A DNA stretch of 63,099 bases, the filler included, from Basidiobolus ranarum (Eukaryota): the NCBI GenBank assembly GCA_040143965.1. It is 15 parts of 15 records of this genome, joined end to end, with 100 filler letters (N's around TTAATTAATTAA, not from the genome) between each part and the next. Parts side by side here need not be neighbours in the genome. Positions count along the whole stretch, not along the records: positions 1 to 4,127 come from JASJQH010002104.1; positions 4,228 to 8,353 come from JASJQH010002105.1; positions 8,454 to 12,577 come from JASJQH010002106.1; 12 more parts are not named here. One strand, given 5' to 3'. The position numbers were made by a program, and so were the translations under genes. Of the stretch, positions 1-12,677 are shown piece by piece. The notes below the pieces were generated by a model. It did no database searches. It saw only the letters and a list, made by a program, of their open reading frames with translations, and was not told where the DNA came from. Every line of letters begins with the position of its first letter. Within the stretch, counting starts at the first letter, position 1.

Positions 1-313
1 AGGAGTTGGTTGCTCTGGAGTGGTGGTTGGTTGGTCGGGAGTGGGGGTTGGTTGCTCTGGAGTAGTGGTTTGTTCCTCAGGGGATGGGGGGCCGTGAGGG
101 CTAGGCTTTGGGGTCGTAGAAATATAAGGAATAGGTTGAACCGTACCTAAACATAATATCCGCGGTTACTTATCAGGTTATTCAATTATCATACGTCGTA
201 AAGAACTTACCAGAGGGTTCCTGTCGAGCAACTAACGAACGAGTATCAGCAGATTTTAAGGAACTCAAATAACATAAAGCAACAAACGGTATCAAGAAAG
301 AATGATGTTTCAT
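1..313 (-). CDS. Secreted Pro/Thr-rich protein, 5' part (runs off the window start)
   Basis: Exon 313-211 (MKHHSFLIPFVALCYLSSLKSADTRSLVARQEPS, signal-peptide-like), GT-AG intron 210-147, exon 146-1 with PEQPTTT-type repeats. Not in the ORF track. Confidence 0.8.
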
Positions 314-1964
314 GATTTCAAAAATTCAACGATTTTCAAGCAACAGAGCTGCTCAAGAGCATGAAGCACCTTTATATCAAACTAAACTTCCACCTGATTT
401 GGTCGAAAACAAACTTTATCAAGATGAAGCCACAGATCAGAGCCATGCCCCATTCTATAAATAGATACTGTGGGACAGTTCATCGATTTTCTCTTAAATG
501 AAGCATCTTGATACAAGGATAATTGAAGCAACAATATAGCTTTCGGAATATCTGCCTCTTGCAAAGCTATCCGAATACGTAACTGAATCTCGTCGAATAC
601 GATCACTCCAATACGGGCCTTCGAAAATCAAATAATCCATTTTCATTAGACCATAGTTCGCTTGGGAGAGACGAGCTTTTTAGGGCTCGATTACATACCG
701 GTGCCCAGATATTTCCCCCTTTGCTTACAGTTTTGGGAAAGCCTCGGTGTCATCCAATGACTGATCACTCTGCACTCGAAATCTATGCTATTTTGGCTAC
801 TAGACGTAATTCCACAGTAATTGGGCATCTCTGACGATTCCTGTGGTCTAGGTCTACTAAAATGGTAATCAAAATCCAGATTTGGCACCCGAAAGAATCA
901 TGGGTATTGCCTGATTATAGTCATCATTTATGCACAGTCGATCTCGGAAGTTGATCGCCCGGAGATCAGTATATATTACATTAGCCCTTGCTTGATAATG
1001 TTTGATCTGGGGATGATGACAAAGAGCTAGTTGGATTTATTGAGAGTTCTTATGTGACGCAATTCGAGAAGCTGGAGAGCTGTGGATCAGATGTATGGGG
1101 TCACATTCAGGCTTAGTTGGGAGATAACAGAAGTTTAGGTTACGGGTGATAACAATAAGCGGTTCCATTCCCCATAGAACATTCTCTAGAGCATCGCATC
1201 TGAGGCATGAGCAATTTCAAGCTCAGATTCGCACTCGATGCCTGAAGCATTGTTGCAGCTTTTTTTACTATAAACCGAAGCCAGAACTGCACCGAAAATT
1301 CTTCACATCCAATATCCTATGAGGCGACTGAAGCAGAATGTGAAACAATACAAGTTGCCTCACGAAATGGATCAAAGCGAACGTATTCTATACGCTTTAT
1401 GCGTCTTAAAATAGTTAGCATTAGTCACTATCTTAATATATTCCTTTCCGTATATACCCTTCCAACCGTCCAAAAACATCAGCTCTCTCTGGATCTCGGG
1501 TGGTTTTCACAATCAAATTTATACTCCATGAATGATGGAAAGGTCATTTTCAATCATTCGGCGCTGAATCCGTGTGTATCACCCCAAACTTGGATTATAT
1601 ATGGCTTTTTAAGCTTCTTTTATATTTGAAAATTGCGAGCTTAGCACTATTTTGAATAGGATGGATCATGTTTATTGTATGTTTCAACTGAACTTGAATT
1701 TAATATCTACCACTACATTTTCAATTTACTGATTTCCAGGGGGCGTTCATAGGCCAGTTTAATCGATGATATCACCTATTACGTTGAAACCGAACTTATA
1801 TGAAGAATAGAAGGCCACGGCTCCTTTAAATCAAATACAAGTATGATATTGGTAACCAAGGTAACTTGACAGATAGATACGGGTTTATTGAGGGGGAGAT
1901 GTGAAATCCATAGATGAATCGATATTTGACTGCCACATATGTAAAGGTGCAATATCTAATATGC

Positions 1965-3396
1965 TTATACATTAAAGAAGAGTTTGACCATGGTGATGGT
2001 GACTCCAAGAAGGGCTGTGCTTTGGAAATTGTTCATAGGAACCCCCCCACTAAGTTGATAAGTCGGTGGAGGTCTTCCTGTTACTCTACTAGTTGAGAGA
2101 ACAACTATTGGCACTCCGTTGACAGTCGTGGTTGCTGTTACAACAATTTCACTCACTATCTGGCCATCAGTATGAGTACTCACAGGCTTCCCACTGCTCG
2201 TAGGGCTAGGAGAAATGCTGCTAGTTTGAGGGGGATCTGTTCTAGAAGTTTCGACTGAAGTGGTGATGGAAGATATGGGTGTCATAGTAGATGAAGGGTT
2301 GACAACTTCAGATGTTGGGGTGCTGGTAGTTGAATCAGTACTCGAATTAATAGTTGTTGAGGGATTTTCAGTTATACTTGATCCGGTGACCGATGAGTTG
2401 ATGGAAGATGGGGTGTCTGATGTAGCGGTTTGCGATTGTGTTATTATTGAATTTGTAGAAGAAAATTCAGTTGGCTTTTCTGAAACTGTAGTGCTTGTAA
2501 AATCTGAAGTGGTAATGGATTTTGATGGTTGCTGAGTGTGCGTTAAGTGACTAGTTGGTGGAGAGCTGGCCGATGTTATTTGTAATCCAGTAGTGGTTTT
2601 TGTTGGATCAGAGGAGCTGGGCAAATTCGTTGGACTTTGTGTTGTCTGTGAATTAGTATCAGTTGAGGTAGGCAAAGTTGGCTCAAATGTGCTTGACGAG
2701 ATGGGAGGATGCTCAGAGCTTGATGGCTCTGTAGGCTGTGAAGTAATTGATGATATTATGGTAGATTGAGACGGCTCAAGTGAACTTGGTGAGTCAGTTG
2801 ATTCTCCAGTAGTTGGTTGAGTACTAGATGATTCTAGCGAGGTTGGTGTTGGAAGTAATGAACTCGATGCAATGGTGGATTTCTCAGTTGTTGGTGAAGG
2901 AGTAGGAGGCTCTGACGTGGGTTCGATGGTTGACGATGAACCTTCAGAATTGGTAGGTCTCTCAGTGACAGATTTGGATGTGTCAGTAGACAGCACTTCG
3001 GTAGTCGAGGACTGTATGGACAAGCTTGATGTACTATCCAACTCTTTAGACGTGAATTGTGATCTTGCAGTACTCTCCACTGAGGATACTGGAGTTGGCG
3101 ATTCTGCTGTGGTCGGAGTTGAAATATGTATGGTCGGTGAGTTAGAAGCTATGCTGGTCGTTTTTTCACTTTTGTCAGAAGCGGATATGATGGGGATTTG
3201 AGAAACAGGAGCTGAAATGCTTGCAAGGTCACTCGTTCCTGTTACAAGTAATTTCAAAAAAAAAGTTGATTAACATTGATAAGCTATAGGATCAAATGAA
3301 GCCATTCCTTTACATACCAGGAAACGGAGCAGAGGTTACTTGGCGTGCAAGATTCGTAATTAGCAAATACAAAGTTACTGAATATACATTTTTCAT
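1965..3396 (-). CDS. Ser/Thr-rich mucin-like, probably GPI-anchored cell-surface protein
   Basis: Exon 3396-3318 (MKNVYSVTLYLLITNLARQVTSAPFP) and intron 3317-3239 (GTATGT..CAG) splice in frame into the 430-aa ORF. Hydrophobic C-terminus ALLGVTITMVKLFFNV. Confidence 0.85.
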
Positions 3397-4127
3397 TATG
3401 AACAATTCCTATGAATTCGTCGGCAGCATTCTACCACTTATATATGTTCAGCTATAGGACTCAGCCTTCCCAATTTCTGACGGAAGTACTGGTGCTAGAT
3501 GAGTGTACATGATTTATGATAAAATTGCCCAAACCAGTCCAATTTTTCGATCTTGTATCAATCTGTAGCTAACAATCGATTTTACAAGCGAATGTCGTTA
3601 ATTTCCAAAATATGGTCAGATTTTATTCATGCATTTCTGATTCTTATTACTGTGACAAATTCTGTGGTTGTGATTCGATCAGTGATTAGTTGGAAATTCA
3701 TAACCTATTGTTTAATTACTTAGCAAAATAGGAAACATACAGTCACAAATTTCTAGATACCCAACTGGATGTATCCCAAGCGATTCCCAATATGGTAGTT
3801 GCCGAGAGAATTCATCTTCAACTCCCAAAAGTCCTTGGAATTGTAGAGTAATTGGTGATTTTTCAGTAGCAGCGCCATTGGTGAGGCCGGGATTTCGTCT
3901 ATGGGAGGGACCAAATAAAGTTAATTCTGAATATATATCGACAGGCTTGGTAGCGTGTTGATTGGCAGTGAATCACGTAGTCTCAGTTTGATTATTTGTG
4001 CTCTAGTTAGCTTCTTCGTAGCAGATGTATGGTCAAGGAACAATAGCTAAGCCAATATCTTGAACATACCTGGTCAGCATTACGCCCTTAGCCCTTCTAT
4101 TTTTATGACCGAGTTGGTTTTGGTAGT

Positions 4128-4227
4128 NNNNNNNNNNNNNNNNNNNNNNNNNNNNNNNNNNNNNNNNNNNNTTAATTAATTAANNNNNNNNNNNNNNNNN
4201 NNNNNNNNNNNNNNNNNNNNNNNNNNN
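4128..4227. other. Artificial contig linker (first of 14 identical ones)
   Basis: 44 N + TTAATTAATTAA (stops in all six frames) + 44 N. The others start at 8354, 12578, 16799, 21020, 25239, 29457, 33674, 37889, 42099, 46304, 50507, 54707 and 58905. Contig lengths never increase along the window. Confidence 0.98.
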
Positions 4228-4390
4228 ACACATGTTCCTGGGACCTTCCTTAGCACATTCTACACGTTAGTTTGTTTACATCTTGACAAAACTATAAATG
4301 TCAACTGAATACTCAATAAATCAATAAGTGAAAACCACTAATTTCTCAAATTCTCCAAACCACTTCCAACAGGCTCCCAAATACTTTAAC
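4228..4390 (+). mobile_element. 3' half of Copia LTR-A
   Basis: Matches the complete LTR at 38333-38680 and ends CCAACAGGCTCCCAAATACTTTAAC. Confidence 0.85.
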
Positions 4391-4414
4391 CATAGCGTTC
4401 CTAATCATCCTGTA

Positions 4415-5818
4415 ATTAAGAAAACAAATATTCAAATATCTCAAGAACTACATGGTGAAATAATGTCGATATTTACATCGATGATTTCCAACTTCACGTA
4501 CAAATTTTGACCGCACAAACATCAGAAACAAAATTCACAACAAATACGAAATGAGTAATCTCTGACAGAAGAGTTAAAAATTTGTGGCACTCCCAAATCA
4601 GGCAGGAACACCGCTCGATTTCCTCCTGATAGCCTCTATCAATATTGCAATCAAAGTGCAGTTAATAAAGTCCCAAAATTCTACTCACCTCAAGAAAACA
4701 GTAGTAAGAAACAAGATCCTCCACACAGATATATGGTAAAAATAAAGAAATAGTCAAGGAATAATGTTAATAAATCTAGGAAATATAGTAATGCCAGATG
4801 TACAATCAGCAGTCGACTATTTTTAGAACACAACCAAAAAGTAATATCATGGAGTATGTCCAGCGCAGCAGGAACATACCTACCCAGATCTTTGCTATGG
4901 AAGAAGCAGACAAGGTATATTATTATTCCAAGATTTAGCAATAACAACAAGCAAGAAGTTCTATATTTAGATATTTCTTATGCTTACCCATCTCATACTA
5001 CCAAAAGTTACTCTCAGACTAAGATTTTGAGATCTAACAAGCCCAAAAGACCTGGCAGATTACTATGTCCAAAAGCTAGAAAAATCCGATCAATATAGAG
5101 CAGCAGCCTTGTTTTACCAAGGGGAGCAACATATAATAATATGCAAAATTTGAACATATATGGAAAGGGTAATTTCAATAATTAAAAATCAACCTTTCAG
5201 TGTTGATACACAAAGAGACAGAAAAGACACCGTAATGCTAACACAACTATATATAGAGCACCTTATCAGAGTAAAGGTATCCACAGCAGAACATGATAAA
5301 GCTACACATTGGTGGACTAAAACAATTTTCTGTTGTGTGAGGAATTAACCGAAGTGTTAGGATGGGCCACAAAACTGAATCATCAAACATAATGTCATTT
5401 TTGCAAGCAAAATAATGGTTTACTCATCTTCATATTTATCACATGTATATTTCGAAAACAAACGTCCACCGTCACCAAACTATAGCTTTCCAAATCCGCC
5501 CAGAAACAAGAAAACAAATATTCAAGAGTCTGTACCTCCAGTACTACAAGGTGAAAAACAACCAAAGTTTAGAATATCACTATTTAACTAATATTGTATA
5601 CCAGGTATACATTTTGAAATGAATAAACAGCAGAAATAAAAGTTACAAGACATTGGAAATATGTCATCACTCTGACAGATAGGTTATAAATTTGTAGCAC
5701 TCCTAAACCAAGCAGGAATGCCTCTCGATTTCCCCCTGATCATCCCTATCAAAATAACACCAACGAAATAAAGTTAACCAGTCAACCTAAGTCCCGAAAT
5801 TGCACTCACCTCAGCAAC
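4415..5818. repeat. Diverged direct repeats of about 300 bp (about 4415-4692 and 5505-5818) in decayed unclassified DNA
   Basis: Both copies share the blocks AAGAAAACAAATATTCAA, CTCTGACAGA..AAATTTGT.GCACTCC.AA.CA.GCAGGAA..CTCGATTTCC.CCTGAT and AAGTCCC.AAATT..ACTCACCTCA. Confidence 0.65.
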
Positions 5819-5840
5819 ACACCTCAATAGGTCTGAACGC

Positions 5841-5922
5841 GGTGAGATGGCTGAGTGGTCCAAGGAACTAGATTCAGGTCACAGTCTCTTCTGAGGTTAG
5901 GGCTCGAACCCTGTTGTCATCA
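5841..5922 (+). pseudogene. tRNA-Leu(CAG)-derived pseudogene
   Basis: GGTGAGATGGCTGAGTGGTCCAAGG, anticodon loop TTCAGGT, long variable arm TCTCTTCTGAGG and T-loop CTCGAAC. The stems have mismatches and the B-box is altered. Confidence 0.7.
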
Positions 5923-7401
5923 TTTCTATTACTAAATGTGATGTTTGGATTCACGCAAGTAACTTGATTCAAACTGACAATTTGGACTTTCTTTTAGAAA
6001 CTTCCCAGGCAAAAGTCAGGTCCAATACCAAAAATACAACAAGTTAATAAGTATGGATAGGGTGGGAATAAATAGATAATATACACTAAAGAATAAAGTT
6101 AGATTGGCTCAAGGATTTTTCACACATATTTCTTGAATAAAACAGCCCACTTAACACACTGATCATCAGTGCGCTCATTGAGACAAAATCCGGGAAATTA
6201 TTGGTTTTGTGTAATAGCCGATTAATCTAGTTCGTGTAACTGAAGAGTACTGCGAAATTTACAAAGAATTACGAACTTGTGACATCTTTTAGCAACCAAA
6301 GAACCAATATTAGGCAATTCAACAAATCGGGGGCACACATCGTGTAAGCAGGTAACTTGATGTTAGTGGAGTACTCCATGGTCGATATTCACTCAACACA
6401 CTAATATAGTGAGCATCAAAAGGATAAATTGTTTTACCACTTCAGCTCTACTAGTACCCAGCACGACATGTTTCTACAAATGAGCAAATGAAACCGAAAT
6501 AGTCATATTTTCATCTCACTTTAGCTTCAACCTGAAACCTTATACTTAATAAAGAAAAGTGACATACTGATACTGTTAACTATTACTGGTAGCAAATTCT
6601 TTTACTGGGAATATCGCTTGGAAAATATTTCCCACAGATTGGAATCGAACGGTGTTAAGCTGAACATAGGCGCTAATCAGATAAAGAGATATCCCAAGTG
6701 ATTCTTTTGGTATAACACTTCCATGACTTATAACACTTCCATGACTTAAAATTTGTTAAAGGGTTACTTCAGGATTGAATGGCTCACTTCGCAAGCAATG
6801 TCACTTATTCCTGGGTTAGTGTAACCTTTTCATCGCCATTCCAGATCAAGCCAGTATAATAGATTACCATTCCAAATAAGCTGGTAAGTTTGGTGAAGAT
6901 CTACACCTGAGAACAAACGCCAAATAAAAAAATATCCATTTAATAAATAAATACCCCGAAGTATGGAGTACGCAAATCCCAATAATGTGATAATTTAGTA
7001 TCGATTTTCTTAAACTCCAGATTAGGAATCAAGAATATTTGCATGTCAGAAAATTAGTTATAAGCCATTAAACATTTGTACTCGCGAATCAGACACATAG
7101 ATTTACACAAATACGTTTCCTGGATTATATAATACTCTCATTCAAGCGAAAGCCTGGGACTGAGCTAATGTAATGCAGATGAGAATATATTTTCAGCAGG
7201 TGTGGACCAACAGAGCTTAGGACACTTGCTCGTGGCACAGTATGATACCAAAGACGTTGACTATAGGCTGTAATGTTGTACTCCTAACGTGGAATAACCA
7301 TACGATTTGGTAGCTGCTTATGGTACCTACAGTATTTAAAAGAGCAACGAATTAACAGTGGAGGCAATACTGCTTCAGTTATCCGTTTAGCAACTGCTAT
7401 C

Positions 7402-8244
7402 ATGCTATCCTTAAGAGAAACTCCATCCCAAGATTCTATGAACCATCTAGCTGCAGGATCTCGCATGCCCTCAAGAAAGCAAACGAAGAGCTTGCCACTT
7501 CTGTTGGAGCAAGAACAGATATGGGATACAGAGAAGAATTCCAACATCTCTCCCGCAAATATCACATCAGCAGCTTTCGTACTGGAGGGGCAATGTGATA
7601 GTGAGGCATTAAAAAGTAGCATTGCCGAAGTAATGAATCATCATAAACTACTTACAATCAACATCGATGACGATGGAAAACCAGCACAAGTTTTCAGAAA
7701 TATAGACACTTTGAATATCCCGTTTGTGGAGAAAACCTATACCAAACCCACGGATGTTGAGTGGATACGCCAAACAGTTGCGGAAGAGTTCGAAAGAAAA
7801 TTCAATCTAACTGAGGATTTCCCTATTCGTGTAAAACTAGTGCACTTGGATCCAACAAAACACTTGTTGATTATTTCTGTACATCGCATTGCCGCAGACG
7901 CTGCCTCCTTTTTAGTTATTCAGAGTGAAATATCCGCCTTCTACAACATGTATACCAAGGGAAAAAAGGAGCCTGCCAAAGTGAACAGAGAATCATCCAG
8001 TATCCCACTACCAGAACAAATCCCAGATCAGATCCTGAAAGCCCAACTTGAATTTTGGAGGCAAAATCTGGCAGGAATTAGCCCTATAGGGCTATCAGGT
8101 GATAAAGCTTCATCTCCTGCCGTTGTTCATCATGCCCATGTGGAACACATGCTGATTCCTGAAGAGATATCTCAAACGTTAGTTCGGATTGGCGAACAAA
8201 ATCAGTCAAATTTGTTCAACATTTTTTTGTCAGCTGTTCAAAGT
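7402..8244 (+). pseudogene. NRPS condensation-domain gene interrupted by a retroelement
   Basis: C-domain motifs PLLLEQEQIW, F.LTEDFPIRVKL, VHRIAADAAS and QLEFWRQNLAG. C-domain similarity stops at 8244, where a repeat shared with 59590-59701 begins. Confidence 0.8.
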
Positions 8245-8353
8245 AGGGGGATGAAAAGCACCAGATGGTGTGGACTTTATTTAGCTTAAATACTAATCTA
8301 AACAAAGTGACAATCAAGACATCAATCTTTTAAGATATTGTGACAATACTGGA
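8245..8353 (-). mobile_element. 3' end of a LINE-like element (same family as 59075-59701)
   Basis: Reverse complement nearly identical to 59593-59701, with the same terminal base. Confidence 0.8.
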
Positions 8354-8539
8354 NNNNNNNNNNNNNNNNNNNNNNNNNNNNNNNNNNNNNNNNNNNNTTA
8401 ATTAATTAANNNNNNNNNNNNNNNNNNNNNNNNNNNNNNNNNNNNNNNNNNNNCCACTTGGATGGTCAAATTGTTACTTAAATCATATTTACACCACAGA
8501 ATCAAAGCTATTGCCACTCAGATGCATACCCATTGAAGA

Positions 8540-8753
8540 TATGTTAAGAAAGGTCCCAGGAACATGTGTGTAGAGTTTGGGGCTTCTAGCACAAGTTTGA
8601 AAAATCTATAGATCTGAGAATTCCTAAGTAGGTAAAAATTTTCCAAGTAATTTCCATTTGAGAATAATGGATAATATCTTAGTGAAATATAATATAACTA
8701 AGTACTAAGCTATATACAAATATATAGGTGCTTAGGCAATGCTAATTTCAACA
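8540..8753 (-). mobile_element. Partial Copia LTR-A
   Basis: Reverse-complement match to LTR-A with terminus TTTCAACA at 8753. Confidence 0.8.
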
Positions 8754-9077
8754 GGAAGACACTTACCAAACATGTTCTGCTGCCAACAAGATGTTTCTCA
8801 GAAGACAATTCTTTGACTTAAAGATGAGGCCATGAGAAGACATTGAATCACTAATGAATAGGGTCACTATTTTAGTGGATGAAATGAAATGCATTGGAGT
8901 ACCTACTACTGATCAAGATATCATAGTTACAGTCCTGACTAGCCTTCCACACAAGTTTCAGAGCCTACTAATGGATCTAGAATCAAGAACTGAAAATTTG
9001 ACCTTAAGTTATATATTTGGCAGACTCCAGGATGAAGATTTATGCAAATTAGGATCCAACTAAAAGAATGAAGAAAA
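8754..9077 (+). mobile_element. Copia gag fragment
   Basis: TDQDIIVTVLTSLPHKFQSL motif, homologous to the gag at 57700-58000. Confidence 0.8.
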
Positions 9078-12000
9078 TTTTAGAGTTTTGGGAGCCTGTT
9101 GGAAGTGGTTTGGAGAATTAGAGAAATTGGTAATTTTCACTTGTAGATTTATTAAGTAGAAAGTTGATGTTTATGATTTTGTCAAGATGTAAGCAAGCTA
9201 ACATGCAGAATGTGTTAAGAAAAGTCTCAGGGACATGAGTGCATAGTTTTGGGCTTCTTGCACAAGTTTGAAAAATCTTTATATCTGAGAACTTCTAAGT
9301 TGGTAAGAATATTCAAAGTAAATACCAATTGAGAATAAAAGATAATATCTTAATGAAATATTAGATAACTAAGTACTAAGCTATATGTAACTATATAGAT
9401 GCTTAGGAAATGCTAATGTCAACACTCTCTCTCAACTAAATAGTCATATAAATTAATCCCAAGGAGGGTCTAAATTTATCAAATTTCTGTCTAGCTAATG
9501 GTTTGATTAATATATCAGCAATCATAACTTCAGTAGAACAATAAGTTAAGTCAATAAACTTATTCTCTATAGTCTCTCCTATGAAGTGATATCTCATATC
9601 CATTTGTTCGCTTCTATTAAGAATCATGGGATTTTAGCTAATTTGATATAACATTGATTATCCAGAAATCTTGTAGTTGGTGAATTTGAGGATAATCTAA
9701 GTCTGTTAAGAGTTTGGCAACCATATTGCTTCTTTTGTAGCTTCACAGGCAACCAGGTATTCTGCTTCTGATGTTGACAGCATACAGTAGGTGTTTTCTT
9801 TGAATTCCAAGAAATAGCTGCATTATAGCAAAGAAATCAATTTCCTGTCATAGATCTCTTATCTTCAATATCTCTTTCCCAATTTGCATGTGAATATCCC
9901 ATCAGATCAGACTTTGATCTGGAACATATGTATTGTAAGCACAGATCCACAGTACCTTTAAATATCTGAAAACCCACTTAACTGCTACGATTTGATCAGT
10001 TCAACAGTTTTCAAGATATTGGCACATAACTCCCACAGACTATACAATATCTGGACATGTTCCAGCCATGATATACACTAAACTACCAGCCATAGACTGA
10101 TAAGGAAATATTTGGCTTTCATTTGAAAACAAGAATATCTGATTTGAGCCATTTTTGGTCAAATTGGGATTTGTCTCCATTGGGATAGATACTGGATTAT
10201 ATTCTTCCATTTTAAGCTTCTTTGGTATATCTAAAATGTACTTAGACTGGTTTAAAGTTATTATTTGGTAGTTCTTGTTACTGTATTTGGAACCCTGTTG
10301 GAAGTGGTTTGGAGAATTAGAGGAATTGGTGGTTTTCACTCATTGATTTATTGAGTAGGAAGTTGACATTTATAGTTTTGTCAAGATGTAAACAAACTAA
10401 TGTGTAGAATGTGTTAACAAAGCTCCCAGGAACATGTGTGCAAAGTTTGGAGCTTTGAGCACAAGTTTGAAAAATTAATATATCTGAGAACTTCTAAGTT
10501 GGTAAGAATATTCAAAGTAAATACCAATTGAGAATAAAAGATAATATCTTAATGAAATATTAGATAACTAAGTACTAAGCTATATGTAACTATATAGATG
10601 CTTAGGAAATGCTAATGTCAACACTCTCTCTCAACTAAATAGTCATATAAATTAATCCCAAGGAGGGTCTAAATTTATCAAATTTCTGTCTAGCTAATGG
10701 TTTGATTAATATATCAGCAATCATGACTTCAGTAGAACAATAAGTTAAGTCAATAAACTTATTCTCTATAGTCTCTCCTATGAAGTGATATCTCATATCC
10801 ATTTGTTCGCTTCTATTAAGAATCATGGGATTTTAGCTAATTTGATATAACATTGATTATCCAGAAATCTTGTAGTTGGTGAATTTGAGGATAATCTAAG
10901 TCTGTTAAGAGTTTGGCAACCATATTGCTTCTTTTGTAGCTTCACAGGCAACCAGGTATTCTGCTTCTGATGTTGACAGCATACAGTAGGTGTTTTCTTT
11001 GAATTCCAAGAAATAGCTGCATTATAGCAAAGAAATCAATTTCCTGTCATAGATCTCTTATCTTCAATATCTCTTTCCCAATTTGCATGTGAATATCCCA
11101 TCAGATCAGACTTTGATCTGGAACATATGTATTGTAAGCACAGATCCACAGTACCTTTAAATATCTGAAAACCCACTTAACTGCTACGATTTGATCAGTT
11201 CAACAGTTTTCAAGATATTGGCACATAACTCCCACAGACTATACAATATCTGGACATGTTCCAGCCATGATATACACTAAACTACCAGCCATAGACTGAT
11301 AAGGAAATATTTGGCTTTCATTTGAAAACAAGAATATCTGATTTGAGCCATTTTTGGTCAAATTGGGATTTGTCTCCATTGGGATAGATACTGGATTATA
11401 TTCTTCCATTTTAAGCTTCTTTGGTATATCTAAAATGTACTTAGACTGGTTTAAAGTTATTATTTGGTAGTTCTTGTTACTGTATTTGGAACCCTGTTGG
11501 AAGTGGTTTGGAGAATTAGAGGAATTGGTGGTTTTCACTCATTGATTTATTGAGTAGGAAGTTGACATTTATAGTTTTGTCAAGATGTAAACAAACTAAT
11601 GTGTAGAATGTGTTAACAAAGCTCCCAGGAACATGTGTGCAAAGTTTGGAGCTTTGAGCACAAGTTTGAAAAATTAATATATCTGAGAACTTCTAAGTTG
11701 GTAAAAATATTCTAAGTAAATTCTGATTCAGAATAATTGATAATATCTTGGTGAATCACAAGATAGCTAAGTACTAAATTATATATGACTATATAGATGC
11801 TTAGGCAGTGTTAATTTCAACACTCTCCCTCAACTAAATAGTCATACAAACTAATCCTAACAAAGGTCTAAATTTCTCATATTTCTCTCTAGCCAATGGT
11901 TTGTTTAATATATCAGCAATCATATCTTCCATAGAGCAGTAATTTAAGTCAATAAACCTATTCTCTATAGTATCTCTAACAAAGTGATGCTTAATATCTA

Positions 12001-12577
12001 TATGTTTGCTTCTATTATGAAACATGGCATTTTTAGCTAATTTGATACAACTTTGATAATCTTAAAATATTGTTGTTGGTGAGTTTTGAGAATAACTCAG
12101 AACTCTTAAGAGTTTTCTTAGCCATATTGCTTCTTTTGTTGCTTCACAGGCAGCCATGTATTCAGCTTTTGATGTTGAAAGTGCCACAGTAGGTTGTTTC
12201 TTTGAATTCCAAGAAATAGCTCCATTACAGCAAAGAAGTAAGTATCCTGTTGTAAATCTCCTGTCTTCAATATCTCTTCCCCAATTTGCATCTGAATATC
12301 CCATCAGATCAAAATTTGATCCAGAATATGTGTATTTTAAGCATAGATCCAGAGTACCTTTCAAATAGCTGAAAATCCACTTAACTGCTATGATTTGATC
12401 AGATCCATAATTTTGTAGATATTAGCATATAACTCCCACAGAATATGCCAAATCTGGCCATGTTCCAACCATGATATACATCAAACTACCAACCATAGAT
12501 TGATAAGGAAATTTCTGGCTTTCATTTGAATCCAAAAACATCTGATTTGAGCCATTTTTGGTCAAGTTAAGATTTGT
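9078..12577 (-). mobile_element. Nested/tandem Copia-A: three LTRs (about 9078-9424, 10276-10623, 11475-11822), each preceded by RT-RNaseH and a PPT
   Basis: RNaseH motifs GYSDANWG, KQPTVALST.KAEY, RSKHIDIKHHF and MIADIL.KPL. PPT AGTTGAG(G/A)GAGAG before TGTTGA. The ORF pairs are offset by exactly 1199 bp. Confidence 0.92.
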
Positions 12578-12677
12578 NNNNNNNNNNNNNNNNNNNNNNN
12601 NNNNNNNNNNNNNNNNNNNNNTTAATTAATTAANNNNNNNNNNNNNNNNNNNNNNNNNNNNNNNNNNNNNNNNNNNN

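Noticed and set aside
2260-3201. Plus-strand Val/Glu-rich ORFs (also 33417-33656, 42151-42514)
   Set aside because: Antisense or off-frame shadows of S/T-rich and repeat coding sequence.
4172-4183. TTAATTAATTAA recurring every 4.2 kb as a biological repeat or CRISPR-like array
   Set aside because: It is a synthetic six-frame stop spacer embedded in N runs. ORFs ending ..XXXLIN are also artefacts.
5841-5922. Functional tRNA-Leu gene
   Set aside because: Anticodon-stem and acceptor mismatches and an altered T-loop (GCTCGAA).
6711-6748. 18-bp tandem duplication (also (TCTTG)4 near 30094)
   Set aside because: Ordinary slippage repeats with no further structure.
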